From the human T2T-CHM13v2.0 reference genome, Homo sapiens: a stretch of 64,000 nt of DNA. The translations under genes and the position numbers were made by a program. Position 1 is the first letter of the stretch. Each line of letters begins with the position of its first letter. Positions 13,041 to 27,776 of the stretch are shown in pieces. The DNA lies in the NCBI RefSeq assembly GCF_009914755.1, contig NC_060944.1; one strand, written 5' to 3'. Under the pieces are notes generated by a model. It worked only from the letters and a program-made list of their open reading frames with translations, was not told the origin of the DNA and ran no database searches.

Positions 13041-15049
13041 TAAAGAATGCAGCAGGCAGGGTACATGGTGTAGAAGAGATGGCTGATTTTCACTGGGAAA
13101 GATTACCCACAGCCCTGGAGTTCACTCTCTGGGCTCCCTGATGTGCGTACTATCCCACAGATTGTTCTCCAAATTAGAATGAATGCAGGCTGGTTTCAGT
13201 ATTATGGGGGTGCTCCTCTGCCTCAGGTCCCAGTGCCATTGTTACAACATCAAAGACCAACTGCTGGCTGAGATGCGGTCCATATGAAAAGAGTGACCAG
13301 CAAATTTACTGCTTGACTTCATTCCCCTTAAAAGGAACTGGCTCCATGGTCCTCCTTCAAAGCTCAATTGTAGACATATATCTTCTTTATAGGACATCGT
13401 TTACAATAAAGAGGAGCAATAACTTAAAATTTAAAAAAAAGAATACTTTTGAGAGCACTGTGAGGTGGACATTCCATTTAATAAACATCACTGTGGTTAC
13501 ATTGCCCAAACATTCCCAGAAGTCCAGCCATGGGCCTGAGAGACTTCTACTGGACATGGTGACTTTTGGGGACTAATTTGAATTATATTTTTATGCTCTA
13601 GCCCTCTCCCTAGGCTCTGAAAGTTCTTGAGAAGGTCATTAATGAGAGGCAATCTACTTCAAACCAGAGGGCCACCTCACTAAAATCAGGCAAAATGGCA
13701 AAATTCATAGCCCATTACTCATTAACTTATTTGGAGCTGCCCTTCAGTAGGGTAAACATTTTTTTAAGGGTTGGGGCCAAATTAAACTCCTGGATCGATT
13801 ATACATAGTTCCCCAATACCCACATGGACATCACTCCACATAATTCCAGTGTGAAAATCTCACAGACTTATTAGCATTTCCAGATACTAGAACTCAACTA
13901 GAAAACAACAAAGTTGTTTTTATGCCTATCAGAAAATGAAGAATGTTATTAACTTTCCAAGAAGGAAAAAAGTAAAATTATTTATAATATACAGGATGTT
14001 TTTGGCTTCACATGGAGTCTGACCCAGGTGGTGGAGAAAGTCACATCTACGATCAAAATGACCAGCCTCCTGAAAACTGACCAATCCAGAATAATCCTTT
14101 CAGGTTCACTCATGATAGCAGTTGATCAGCCCATAGAGGATACAACGTTCTAAAGAGTGGGCAAGTCATCCACTTCTGTTTAACCCATTACTCCTGAAAA
14201 GGTTCAGCTCTCCATACTTTGCTGGAAAAAGGCTAACAACTCAGTGCATCCTTCCCTCTCTGCTCCCCTCACTGGTACATTCAGGAAGACACGAACCAGG
14301 TGAGACAACTGAGAGCTCCTTACTGAGAGTGTGAAGTGTGATGGTGGCACAACATGCAATTCCGAAGACATCATGAAATGAGATAAATCTGGGGAATCCA
14401 CATCAACTAGAAAAAAACTGGAAACATTTGAAGAGGCATTGGGATCACAAAGAGAGTGAATCTAAACATTGAACAGCAGGTATTAAATAGAAATAATGAA
14501 AGGCAAGTTCTCAGGAAAAAATCTGTGGCAGACTAGGTATTCGAAGTTCTGTTCCAGGTTCTCCCCAGGGACTCATTGCCCTGAAACTCTGTCTGGTGTG
14601 GTTCTCTCATGCCCCACAATGGTTCTTTCACTTCTTATTCACCAAGGCCAGGATTAATGCTAAGGTCTGGACGAACCCAATAATGGGCATGAATGGCCTT
14701 GGCCTTAAGTTTTCAGGGATCCATCTGCAGGGTCCTCCCTGAGATCTGAGAAGGGTTTTACTTACTTCTTTCATCTTAAGGTGAATGCTAGTGGGGGAAT
14801 TATTGTGGTGTGCCCCAAGAACGTTCTGTGTCTTGGTCCTGACAATCTACATGAAGTACCTTTTGTGCCACCAGGATACGTGGGCACATGACAGGTACTC
14901 ACATACACAAGGGTCACTGCACATGGCTGCAGGAATGCCCAGGTTGGACCGGGGCTTCATCTGTGCTCCAACCCACCTGCACTCCATGGTGAGGCACTCT
15001 GTTTAGAAGGCAGGTTGCAGACACTCACCAAATTCTAGAATGTTGTTGT

Positions 15050-15185
15050 AGGCAAGAAAGCCAAGCCCCAATGTCTCATTTCATTGACAAAGAATCTAAA
15101 ACCTGGAGAAATTAAAAGATTTGGCTAAGACCATACCATTCATTTATCCTACAGCCAGTACCAGACTCCAAAGCAAGTCATCTTT
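15050..15185 (-). mobile_element. MIR fragment
   Basis: ctcatttcattgacaaagaatctaaaacctggagaaattaa. Confidence 0.5.
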
Positions 15186-15454
15186 CATGAAGCCACACAA
15201 TCCCCCATTTCTGAACATCTGTAAAAGTTTTTATAGCCCCACTTAGCTAAAGAGAATTAGAGTAAGTGTACATCTAAAGTGCTGGGATCCTGCTACATGG
15301 TGGTTGCTCTTAGGTTGTTACAGGAGCAGAAAGGTAATTAAATGGACATGAATTGTCTCTTTTATTTAATATACAACCAAACTGCAGTAAGGCAAATGAA
15401 ATAATGTACATATAAGCATTGAGCACTGCCCAGCCACATGGCATTCTACAATTC

Positions 15455-17900
15455 CATTCATTCATTCAGCACTTTCATATCGCGTGGCTGTGATCAGCAG
15501 ATATTGTGCTAGGCACTGGAGATTCAATAGAGAACAAGCTTATGTTCTAGAAAGAAAACTGACAATAATTGATTCAGAATAAAGGAATTATTATAGATTG
15601 TGATAGGTGCTTAGCAGGACATAAACAGGGAGCAAAAGATAGGGAATAACTGGGAGTTCCTACTAAAAGAGGGTGGTCAAGGAAGGACTTGATGGAAAAG
15701 TGACACTTGAGTCCTGAGCTGGGGGAATAAAAGGACCAGCTCTGCAAAGAACTCAGGAGAGCCAGTCAGGCAGACGGAATCACAAACACCAAAGCCTTGA
15801 GATAGGAAGGACTTTGGCATGACTAAGGGATGGAAAAGAGACTGGAGAACAGTGTGTAAGGAAGAAAGTGGCACATGAACTTGCAGAAAAAAGCAAGGAT
15901 TTTGCAGGTCATGATAAAGAATATGGCTGTTCTAGGATTGGTGAGGAAGCAGCCATTGAAGAGCTTCTAAATGATGGCTCCATCTGATCAGTGGATAATG
16001 AGAGGGAAGAACATAGATATGTTAGAAAATTTCACAATAATTCAGGTAAGAGGTGATGGGATGTGGACCAGGGTAGAGAAGAGTGGATGGATGCAAGGCA
16101 CAGTTCTGAGACAGAGCCAACAGGATATGCTGTTGGATTGCATTTCAGAGTTAAGAAGTGAAGAGTCAAAGACAGCTTCCAGTTTCACAAGGGTAGAGTT
16201 CATGTCAGTGGATTTATATGGGACATGTGGAATATGAGATGCCTCTGGGACATGTAAGTGAAGATAATAGCAGGGAGGCTGTGAAGTGGACAGGGAGCTG
16301 AGAGTGAGGTGTCATGATGAAAGTGGTAAAAGGAGAACCAAGAGGTGTGTCACAGAAGCCAGGGGAGAAGAATGCCTTAAGGAGAGAGGACTTCTATCGA
16401 ATGCTGCTGTGAGAACAAAAAAGATGAGGCCAGAGAAGTGCTCATTCAACTGGGCAACGCAGCCATGACTGGTGACCTGAATGAGGTCACCAACTGCTCT
16501 GCAGTTGCAGAGGCATCATGGGAACAGACTCCAGTGTCTATTGGGTAAAGGAACAAATGGAAGGTGAGGAAATGGAGACAGAATATACAAATAAGTCTTG
16601 CAAAAGTTTTACTATAAAAAGGGGAGATATATGAACATGTGGTCAAAAAAGAGTTTTTGGTTCATGTAAGATCAGAGATACCAGGGCATCTGTGAGGCTG
16701 ATGAGAACGATCCAATAGAAAGGGAGAGATTGATGATGCAAAACTGAGAGAGGAGAAATGAGGAGTGAATTCTTCAAGAAGGCAAGGGGCTATGTGTGAG
16801 CATTGGCCTTTCACAGAAGCAGGAAAGCTTGTTCTGTGTAACAATTGGGAAGAGAAAGAAAATGAGCTATGCAGACAGGAGTATAAATAGAGTGATGGTA
16901 ATAAAAGAGTTACCATCTCATGACTCCTGTTCCATCAGTGAAATATGAAGTGAGGGCAGGAGCACAAGTAGGACGTTTGAGGAGAGAAGATATAAAATGG
17001 TCATCTTGGATACTGGAGCAAGTAAGGTTGTGAAGGAAGGGCAGTTGGATTTTGGAACAGTGCTTAGTATTCATTTGAGGGTTTGAGGACATGAATCTAA
17101 AATAAAGCAAGTTTGTCAAGTTGGATGCTTTTATTGTTCCCATCACCCACCTGCTTGGCTACTAACCTACAGAAGTTGGATCACTGAGTTCAACCAAAAT
17201 GGAGGTGTTGCCAGTCAAATATATAAGGAGAAGAGAAAGGGGCAAGCAGAGTTGAGGGCCGTTGCAAGGAAATGATTAAAATAAAAGAACACTTGTTGAA
17301 GAAGGAAAGTAAAAACAAGAGAAGGCTGAAGGGAGGTGAGAAAATGGCAGTGGCTTGGAGATCTCAATGAGTTTTAAAACTGGAAAAATGAGTTAAAAGA
17401 ATGGAAAGTGTCTTTATGTAGAAGGTTTACTGACAAAAGGTCTAGGGAAGAGGGTGGTTGAGATGCAGTAGAGGGAAAGGGTATGGGAGGTGAGGAGGTC
17501 CAAGAACTGGGGAGGTCATCTACATGGATGTTGAAGTCACCAAAAAGGACAACAGGAGGTCAATGGTAAAGAAGACTAAGCCAGAAGCTGGGCTTTTAGA
17601 TGAACGGAGAATGACCAGAAACTCCACAGAGCAGTTGGAACATCCAGCATCTTGAAAGGAGCAGGATTTGTTTGTTCAGTTTTTGTTTTTATTTTTCAGG
17701 AGGAAGGGGAAGAAAAAGTCAGGAGTTAGCCATGGAACCAAGAAGATCCAGGAGAAGGTTGAGGGGATGTTCAGAGAAGTGGAAAATGAGAGATTGATTA
17801 TCATGGAGGAAAAGCCCGAGAAGGTCCAGTAAAAGGTTTGGGAAGGTGAAGGAGGACAGGCTGAGTCCAATTAAGTGTTCAGAGATGTGTAGAATGGAGA
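15455..17900 (-). mobile_element. Long L2 LINE remnant (3' tail through RT to endonuclease region, with deletions)
   Basis: ttcattcattcattca tail at about 15455. Minus strand gives LIFFVLTAAFD at about 16396-16429 (RT motif LDLSAAFD) and GDFNIH at 17523-17541 (APE endonuclease motif). Confidence 0.85.
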
Positions 17901-18189
17901 GCCTGGTCTCTTGATGGCAGCTGGGGGAGCCATGATGGGAATGGTCCTGCACTTCTCTTGAATGGAGGTGAGACTCTTTGCTCATTGGCATGATGGCTTC
18001 TAGGCTGTTGTTTCTATGCTTATTAAGGTTGGTATAAAAGCATCAGATGAGGGGTAGGAATTACTTGAGCCTTGATAGGTGAGGTTGGCAGCCATAGCTT
18101 AAGACATCGGGTTCCTTACTGTTCATGTGTGAAGTAGTGGGAGCTGGTAGTTATACAGATTTCACCTGATTTTATCTACTTGTTTTTGT

Positions 18190-18420
18190 CATATACTTAA
18201 ATAGTCCCTACTGTGGGCCAGACACTTTTTTAAGCATTTGATTAATATTGACTTATTTAACCGTCAAAACAACACCTTGAGGTAGGCATTATTGTTATCC
18301 TCATTTTACACAATAAGGTTAAGTACCTTGTCCAAGTCACACAGATAGCAGAGGTAGAGGCAAGATTTGAACTTTGGCTGTCTGGACACCAGAGTCCATG
18401 CTTTTAATCACTGTGACTGC
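18190..18420 (-). mobile_element. MIR
   Basis: aggtaggcattattgttatcctcattttaca...gtccaagtcacacagatag...atttgaac. Confidence 0.8.
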
Positions 18421-18464
18421 GTGGCTTGGGGAAGAAGTTCCTTGTCTATTACCAAAAAAGAACT

Positions 18465-18570
18465 CTTGCCTTGGAATTCAGAAGACATAACTTTGAGTCC
18501 CTACTCTGTCACTAACTGGCTGTGACCATGGGCACAACATTTAACATCTTTCACCCTCAGCTTTCTTAGT
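18465..18570 (+). mobile_element. MIR fragment
   Basis: ctctgtcactaactggctgtgaccatgggcac. Confidence 0.65.
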
Positions 18571-18571
18571 G

Positions 18572-18782
18572 GTCAGTTCCATGCAGTCATTCAGGGACCC
18601 AGGATGATGGAGGCCCTGATGTCTTCTTAGCAGTCCCAGCTCAGAAGTGACACACATCACTTCTGCTCACATAGATCATCCTTTGATGCGGGATGACTTG
18701 GAAATGTATTCCCTGATAAGGGTTGCCTCCAGCTTGGCACAAAGACACGTATTTTTGGTAGAAAGCTAGCCCTCTCTGCCTC
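18572..18782 (-). mobile_element. MLT1 fragment
   Basis: agtcattcagggacccagg...agaagtgacacacatcacttctgctcac. Confidence 0.65.
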
Positions 18783-20430
18783 ATTACTCAATATGGCTTA
18801 TGCTTTTAAGATTCTGCAGTGTTCCACACTTAGGGCTGTCCTCTTAGCTGTTTGTCTTATTCCTGCTTGACCTCTAGGTCTCTCTTATTATAAAAGCAGT
18901 AAAACGACCATCTGAATGCCATTGACTGCCATGCATCCCCTCACTTTTCAAATATAAGCTATGAATAAAAAAAAATTAGCCCTTCACTAATGCCAAAACC
19001 TAGGGAAGAAATTAAGCATGCCCAATATTTTAAGCTATATCCATCACCGTTAAGCATCTGTTTGCACTATGTCTATCCATTAACTAATCAGCAAAACATG
19101 GTTTCAGTAGGAATTGTTACAACCCATTTGATATGGAATGACAAGACTTAGAGGTTCAGAGTATTTCTGCAGTTAGAATAGCAGGCACAGTTTTCCTGAA
19201 ATAGATATTTGAAGGGAAGATGGAATTGTTTCTCAATTTTCCACATAATATGTTTGCTTAGTGGAATGAGGATAGACCTCAATGCTCATGGTATTTGCAG
19301 AAGGGAGTGTTTGTCTATTACCACATCTCCAGTGTAGGCACTGGTGATTCATCTGCAGGTCAGAAAGAGAGCCCTGTTAGCCAGTTTAGGAAGGTCACAT
19401 TTATAGACAAATCCAAACAAGGTACTTTGCTATCCTCTCTTTTGTTCACAGACAGACAAGATAAACCTAGGCAGAGAGAAAACTTGCCTCAATCTTGGAT
19501 TAAATGCAGAGGTCTGCTTGAACATTCCAAGGTCAAACTAAAAGTCTACAAGAGCAGGAGACTTGATTCAAAACAGCTCGTCTCTGACTGGTTTTCATGT
19601 GGGCAGAGGGGACTCTCTCGACACTAAGATGACCACAGCTCACATAGAGGTGTCAGCTGAAATATGGAGGATTACCACTACTGTAGAAGATGTCCTATGC
19701 AAAAAAAAAAAAAACCAGCATAAGCTAATGAAAATATATAGTGGTCACTTATTCGGACATTACATGTCCTCAAGTCCTACAAATTATTTGGTAAGGCAGC
19801 TTTGTGATTTGTTTTCACACAGCAAGATGACTAGTGAAAAGAATTTAATGATAAGCAAACACATTGCATATAAAAACATATTAAAGATACTTATTTAGCA
19901 TGAAGGCTTATTCCAGTTCACAGGCATGGTATTACCTTTACTATATACTTCCATAATTTAAACACAGATAAGGAGATAATGTGGTTTCTTCAAAATCCCT
20001 GGCCAGGTTTTGACCACATTTTCTATTGAGAAGACATGTCCCCCTTTTCATTCCCCTAGAAGCAAACTACCTATGCACAAGTCAAAAGTGAGTAAAATGT
20101 GTAAAAGGGAAAGGTGTGTTTCACCTAAGTGTCATATTCAGAAACATCTGCTTTGCCTGGTGTATATGGCATTAATTTCCTGCCAGTTTTCTATTGGAAG
20201 GCCCTTCTGAGTCTTCTGAAATTGAATATCAGGTCATGTTTCTTTAATCAACCTTGGAAACAATGAAAGAAAGGAGTGGTGGAGAGGTTTCTTTTTATAA
20301 AATGTTCCTAAAGTCAAAAAAGTCTAGAAGAAAGAACATGCACAACTTTGGACCATGAGTCTGGGATTTTAATACCAAAAAGCACTTATTCCCTGCCACC
20401 CCATGTTGGTTAAATATCTTCCTTCCTTCT

Positions 20431-20885
20431 TGTATTGGTTATCTATTGCTGTATAACAAATTACCCTATACTTATGCTACCCCGTAGCTGCTCAAAAGAA
20501 CACACGTTTATTATCTCAGAACTTCCATGGGTCCGGAATTCAGACACAGCTTACCTGGATCCCTTGGCCCATGGTCTCTCACAGGCTACAGTAAAGGTAG
20601 CCCTCAGTTCCTTGCCATGTGGGCCTCTCCGTGGTGCAGCTCTCAGGATGGCAGCAGAATTTATCAGAGCAGGTAAGTGAATAAAGCCAGAAAAAGAGTA
20701 TGAGCAAGACAAAATCCACAGTCTTTGTCACCTAATCTCAGTGACATTCCATCATGTTTGCCATACCCTATTTGTCAGAAGCAAGTCGTTTGCTCCATCC
20801 CACACTCAAAGGGAGGGGATTGCACAAGGCTGTGTATTCCAGGAGATGGGGTCATTGAGGGCCATTTCAGAAGCTGCCTGCCATA
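20431..20885 (-). mobile_element. MLT1 (F/G-like) LTR
   Basis: Runs from tgtattggttatctattgctgtataacaaattaccc to gaggccatttcagaagctgcctgccata. Confidence 0.85.
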
Positions 20886-21298
20886 CTCCCCTCCACATGT
20901 ACCTGCCCATTCCTGTGTGTCCCAATAGTGATAGTTCCCCTGCACACTCTAGTGTAGTTACATGGGTCCTTACTTTTCCAGATTTCCTTAATTCCTTCAT
21001 TTTATTTCATTTCTCATTTCTCTCCTTTCATGTCAATTCAAAATAATACTTAGTTTCATCTTCTAAACTGTTGCTCTCCTCTGCTCACAAACTTCCAATC
21101 ATTCCCCTTTCCATGACTCAAAACAGATACTGAGGAACTCCATATCTGGAACTGACCCACCTTTCCTGCTCCTCAATTTATAGGCTGCATTTTCAGCCAA
21201 ATTAGACTCTCACTATTCCTTGTACCCGCCCACTCCGATGTTCTTTGCCCTCTTTCCGGTTGCAAAAATTCTGGACAGGCCACAAAAGCTTTTCTGTG

Positions 21299-21647
<349 letters not shown>

Positions 21648-21914
21648 TCACAGCATGGTTCATCCACTGAGTGAATATTGCATTCTTCCTGCTCCCTGCC
21701 TATCTGTGGGTACGAAGCATCCCTACTGCCCACTCTGCCTGCCAGGACAGAGGAAGGGCCATGTGACCAGCAACTGTAGCTTACTCCTCTGTTATACCCA
21801 TGGCATGCAGTGTAGCTACTTGCATATGGAAAGTGCCCAAGAAAGTCTGGAAGGTCAGGGAGTGTCGTGCTTTCCAAAATGCCTTCACCACATTTAAGGA
21901 GGCAGAGCAGATAC

Positions 21915-22050
21915 GTGTTTTTTCATTTTATAGATGAGAAACCTGAGACCCGGAAAGTTTACCTACTTGCCTGAAATGGACAATGGCAAAGCCATGATTA
22001 AATTCCCAAGTTCTAAGACCTTGTCCAATCCCCCAGTGCCCTGGCCTTAT
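21915..22050 (-). mobile_element. MIR fragment
   Basis: tcattttatagatgagaaacctgagacc. Confidence 0.6.
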
Positions 22051-22266
22051 AAGAAGAAAGTAACTGATTTGGGATTCTCCATTCATACCTTTTCTTTTTT
22101 CTTTTCAATGTAAAACCACCTGACTGAACTTGGTTTTTAATAAAGCAATTTAGAGTCACTTGATAACTCCTGCATTGTAATTAATATCCTTCTCTCTTTT
22201 TTTTTTAAACCATTCCAGGGGAAAGAAGGGAGCAAGACAGAGATTTAAAAATATATATATGTATAG

Positions 22267-22625
<359 letters not shown>

Positions 22626-22828
22626 TCAACTTACCAAAAACACAGCATCAGGAAATGTTGTGTCTTTAAGTGTCAGCGTGTCCCTTCCTGACCCCTGATT
22701 CATGTCTGCCCATCTGATGAAGTTATCAGTGGCTTGCAGCCTGTACAGGTCAGGAGGGTTCCAATGACCCAGGACACCTTCGCCGGATGCTGTGGCTGAA
22801 ACCACAGCATTTCTGGCAGCAAAGTGAG

Positions 22829-22830
<2 letters not shown>

Positions 22831-22872
<42 letters not shown>
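22831..22872. repeat. (GT)21 microsatellite
   Basis: Pure GT run followed by AGGTAGGT. Confidence 0.98.
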
Positions 22873-22874
<2 letters not shown>

Positions 22875-25092
22875 GTAGGTAGGAGGAGCAACTTAAAAGA
22901 GAGACTTTAGCATGAGGGATGATTATTTCTCAAAACCCACCATCTAGGCCTCTGTAGGCAATATTCTGAATTCAAAATGACTTTCAGCCAAGTCGTGTTT
23001 GCACCTGGGAACTGTGAGAAGTATTGAAAGCTTCATAAAGGAGAGGAAACCTGACCACGACAGGAAGTGACTTACAGCCCCTGAGGCTCAGATGTATTGA
23101 CATAAGGTAGTGAAGTAGGAAAGAATTACGGTTTTCAAAAAGAAGTAGGATCTTGGTTTCTCTTTTATCCCAGTGTGATGTGTGTGTCCTAGAACAAAAT
23201 CCTCTAACCACAGTGCAAAAGTGACATTCATGCAACAGGAGTGGTCTAAATCCCTTGCCTTTGTGGGTCTGATACAGAGGAAAGTCAGAATTTCCTCTAT
23301 GACTTGTTCATCGTGTGTCAGTGTTGTGGTTTCCAAGTGCTGTGCAAACCTGATTTTCCAAGTTCCAGGTGGGCTATGTGGGTGATGGCAGCGTCCAAAA
23401 GTGCGGAAGAAATGAGCTAAAGCCAGCAAGTTACTTGGAGACTGAGGTTGTGGCTGCCCGATTCATAGTAGTACATTTCTTTGTGTGCACAAATTGTCAG
23501 ATATTCTTATTCTCTAGCATTTCTTGTTGCTTGATTCTTCTTTATGAACATTTCTTGTTGCTCCACTTGAAGCAACAAGGGATCTGATATCCAGCAGCAG
23601 GTGAGTATACAAAAAGCTGAGTATGAACTGCATTGCTGGTGTGTGAACTGTCTTGGAAGAACCATGTCACTGGAAAATTTGATATTCTTTTGAAAAGATG
23701 ATGGGCCTTACCAGTGAGATGTCTCCACTCCAGAGGAAGCTATTTTTTTAATGCAACACCTTGCCTGACATACTGCTTCAAGATCAATCTCAGGAGAATC
23801 TTGAGTGTAGCAAAAGCATTCTGCACCATTTCCCAGCAAGTGATTTCATAATAAATAAGACCATTGAACTTTACCTCTTGAGCCAGGCCTCATAATACTA
23901 ATTTCTACCAGTGTTCTTCACATGTAGCTGGGGTGAAATGTGCTCAGTTTGTTTTCCCCTTTCAGTTCACTTCTTTTCGTCTCCTTCATCCAAAACCCAG
24001 TGTTAGAGGGACAGTTTGAAACAACCTGAAGGGATGGCATATGATGACTTTTGAGGCCGTTCCCTTGATCCCCAGATGTTTCCCTGTTCTGCATGACCTG
24101 CCATTTGGGGGTGAGCGGGGGAAGCCAGTGGAATAAATATATTTCTATCTGCAAAACCGAGCACTGGCTTTGAATTAACATGAAGGGACAAATGGAAAGC
24201 AAGGTGAAAGTATATGATGTAAGAGAGTTGATCAACATGAAAATACTGGTAGAAAGTGCTGTAACTTCTTAAGCGGCTTGTACAGGAGAAAAAGCTGTTT
24301 ATCTTTAGGTAAGATTGGCTAAACATCGTGGGCCAAGTTCAGGCCCCACGTACATGTGGTCAGGTCAGGAGCCCTGCAAAGAACCTGTTGCCTTTATCCA
24401 AATATTACTCATTGTTGGGTGGAATTTTTTAGGATGATTTTTGAAAAGATAAATAAAATAAGGACACAAAGATCTGGGGGGAAAAAGCCAAATCTCATGG
24501 GAATCAGGGTTCCTAATGATCTTCTGTTCTCCCCACCACTGAAAGGTACTGAAAACAGGCAGAAGGGAGATCAGCTGCGAGCCTGCCCATTTCACAGATG
24601 GAACAGGGCTGAGGAGCTGGTGCAGCCATTCCAGGCCAGCATCCCCTGCCTCCCACCCCTAGTTCTGCCAGCAGACCACTGCCGCCAGACATGAAACACG
24701 GGCAGGCCAACTGGAACCCTTCCGTGCCCCAGGTGGACAGACATGGCAGGACCACACGGAGTCCATTCTTCTCCAGCAAAGTAGTGATGTGTTCCAGGCA
24801 AAAGCCCAATCGAGGATGTTTTGGCCCAAAGGAAACATTTACAACCAAATTATACACCTCGGAAAATAAACGAGCTTTCATTTTGGAAGGAAACCCCGCC
24901 AGGCTCTTTATTATTTACACCACAGTCATAAAGTTGGTTTTAATCTCTGTAGTGGAATGCTGCTGAATTGGCCAACTGGCAGGCTCTGGTGGTTCGAGTG
25001 GGGACCACTTTGCCTTTCGGAACACACAATGGGAAGCCAAAGGAAGTACTTCTCCTGAACCATTTTTCTCAGCCTCCATCATTTTTTGTTGC

Positions 25093-25146
25093 GTTTTGTT
25101 TTGTTTTGTTTTGTTTTGTTTTGTTTTGTTTTGTTTTGTTTTGTTT
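25093..25146. repeat. (GTTTT)10 microsatellite
   Basis: Pure pentanucleotide run. Confidence 0.98.
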
Positions 25147-25823
25147 CCTGGCATGTTCATTACAACTTTAAAGCAGACTCCTTTCTGCACTCTCTTTTCC
25201 TTTTTTCTCATTTGCAAAAATTGCTGGGGCCTTCCAGAAAAAGGCTTAATGTAATGTTTCCTTTCCAAATTGATGAAAATCCAGGAGGAGGCCCAAGAAA
25301 GTCTATAATGGATTTCCATCGATCGCTTCCAGGGGAACTGGATATAAAAGCTCACAGTGAACAGAAGGGAAGAGCTATCATGCATGTTCTCTTTTTCTAC
25401 CTTAACAAAGAAATCTGGAGATGGAAAACTGCTGGTAGTCTGCTCCCAGGGTTCATGCCATGAAACGACCACGTTGATAGGGTAGCCAGGAGGCTTAGGA
25501 TTTCTGGGATGGCCTAGGTTTCAAATATTTTATACCATTATCAGATTATACACTGGGTACTGTGTCCAATTTTAGGTTTGGAATAAAGAGGGCCCCTACT
25601 AGCTTTCAAGGATGTGGCTGGGTGCTTTCAGTTAGGAAACTCCTTTGATAAGGCTCAGAGTCGATTCAGCTTGCGGAGAATTTCACACGTACTGAAGACG
25701 TGAGAATGAAGTCCTTGGGGGCATATGGAGTTTTAGCAAACAGAGCAGGAAAAGAGCGAGTAATGGGCAAGGCTTTTGTCCTCATTGATTGGGCAAACCA
25801 TGGCAACACAGTTAAGCATGCCA

Positions 25824-25970
25824 GGCAGCTTCCAAAACTTGCTGCACATTGGAATCGCCTGGGGATCTTTTTAAGGTCCTGGTGCCTGGACCCTTCCCCA
25901 GACTCCCTGTCTGATTTATATGGTTTGGGATGTGACTGAGGCATCAGGATGTACATTTGGGAACCCCTGC
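25824..25970. mobile_element. MER5-family DNA transposon
   Basis: aaacttgctgcacattggaatcgcctggggatcttttta...tttgggaacccctgc. Confidence 0.75.
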
Positions 25971-25971
25971 T

Positions 25972-26092
25972 GTGGATTGTAAGCTCCATGAGGGTAAGAT
26001 TCGTGTCTATCTTGCTCCCTATTGTATTTCCAGTCTTTGGAACGGAGTAATTGGCTCTCAGTAATTACATATTGAATGAGTAAATGGATACA
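25972..26092 (+). mobile_element. L2 3' end
   Basis: gattgtaagctccatgagggtaag...ttgaatgagtaaatg. Confidence 0.75.
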
Positions 26093-27776
26093 TGCCCTGC
26101 AGCTCATCTGCCCACACACCATCAAAATGAATCCCAGCTAATTAGGTGATTTCAGCTTTTAAGTATGTTGGGTGGTTTGGGATGAGTGTGGCTTACATTC
26201 TAGGTCTCCTTTGCCCCCATCTATTTTACCCTCTGCTTCTCCCTACTGAAAACATCCTGAGAATTATTTTATCATCTCTTCTTAGGCCACTTTTAATATT
26301 CATGACCTGGAAATTTTATAACTTATGACCATTGATTGCTTTGTATTTTCCATAAGTCAGGAATTTATACCTTAGCTGTTCTGCTCCTTGGATTTCTGCC
26401 TCCCTCCCTATAATACTTTAATTATTCAGAGATCAATCCAGTCATTTTTGGCCTGCAAAGCCCTGGGGATTTCTTTCACCCAGTAGTTGAATGGTGAGCA
26501 CTTGTCCTCTCCTTCTGATGTTGAAGGTTTTCACTTCCCGCTCCCTGCTTCCATTCCATCTCACCCCCCTTCCACAGGCATTGAATTCTGGCAGTGGATA
26601 AGTCAGCTTTTATTGTAAAAATGTTTATGGAGACTGTCAGTTCTTAACCTTCAAACTGAACCATGCTGTTTGTATTTTTCCAAGTGATGGAGAGTGTGAA
26701 GGACTAATGAAAATGGAGCGTGAAGAGATCAAACATGCGTCGTGGAATCTCTGTTCAAAACCCAGAATGGGAGAAAGTCCACTTTGCAGGGGAAGGCAGA
26801 ATTCTGGGGATGGATCCTCTGTGAGTCAGGCTCAGGGCCTGAGATCATGATCTGGCATGAGAGAAAGTGAGGTGCAGGGAGCAAGGGGACCAGCGTGGTA
26901 TGTGGGAGGTAGAGATCATAAGACTTTCTCTTTGGAGAAGCTAGAGCTAGAAATATATTTCCTTTGGTCAGAGAGCAAGCAAGAGTTGCAACAGACTCTA
27001 TCTTCTGACCTTCTCAAGCCTGCTTTCAAAAGTCAGGATGTTGAAAGAAGCCATTCATAAGTTTGTATAGCATGCCATGTTGGAGAACTTTTTGCTTACC
27101 GTGTGACTTTTCTGTACGCCACTGGGGAGGGTGAGCACTTAGAACTTGGAGCCGAACTCTTAGTAACTGAATACCCAGGACTCTGGTTAAAAATGGGTTT
27201 GGCTCTACCTTAAAAGTCAATCTGTATATCTGCAGACTTGGGGAGTAAGTGAGAGAGTCCAAGCTGAAGCAAGCAAGCAAATGACATTTTCACAGGCTGA
27301 GGTATAAATTTGCTGGAGGAAAGCAAAGCTCTGGTTGCTACATGAGCTTTCCAGTTGGGGGCTGTGAGATTTATCTGAAAAGAGCATTTTCTTGGGTTGG
27401 ATTCTTGGCAGCAGTTGGCCCTGTCTACGGAGCCTTAAGACACAAGAGTGTGAATGGATCCCTCAGGCCTCTTTTCTGGAAGATGTCCCTGGAAGAGCAA
27501 CGAGCAAGTGCACAAGGGAGATGGTGAATGAATGCAGCTCAGGAAGTTATGCTTTTTCCTTGGAGTAGGGACCATTTGGCTTTGATGATGGCTGCTGTGT
27601 ACATGCTGGGAACAATTAGATTGTCCTTCTTCACCTTCATACATGAATCATTGCTTTAATCAGGAAAAGTAAAAGTTAGGTGTTGGATGGTCTGAGATTT
27701 ATCCTTGCTGATGGGTTCATCGTGGGGAGGCTTTTGCAGCATCAGAGAGCTTTTCAGTATAAAGGGGCGCCATCTT

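Noticed and set aside
13050-15050. Possible antisense lncRNA (I recall ISM1-AS1 and long TASP1 transcripts overlapping ISM1 intron 1)
   Set aside because: This block is repeat-poor, but I cannot define exons or a promoter from sequence, and my memory of the coordinates is not reliable enough to annotate.
23518-23606. Pseudo-exon (tctctag| ... CAG|gtgagt, 83 nt), plus isolated strong splice signals at about 1682-1691 (minus donor) and 8225 (plus acceptor)
   Set aside because: Splice-like signals are abundant in a 46-kb intron, and there is no coding or other supporting evidence.
24915-25472. 185-aa minus-strand ORF with KTKQN repeats
   Set aside because: Held open by the (GTTTT)10 microsatellite, with no recognisable domain.
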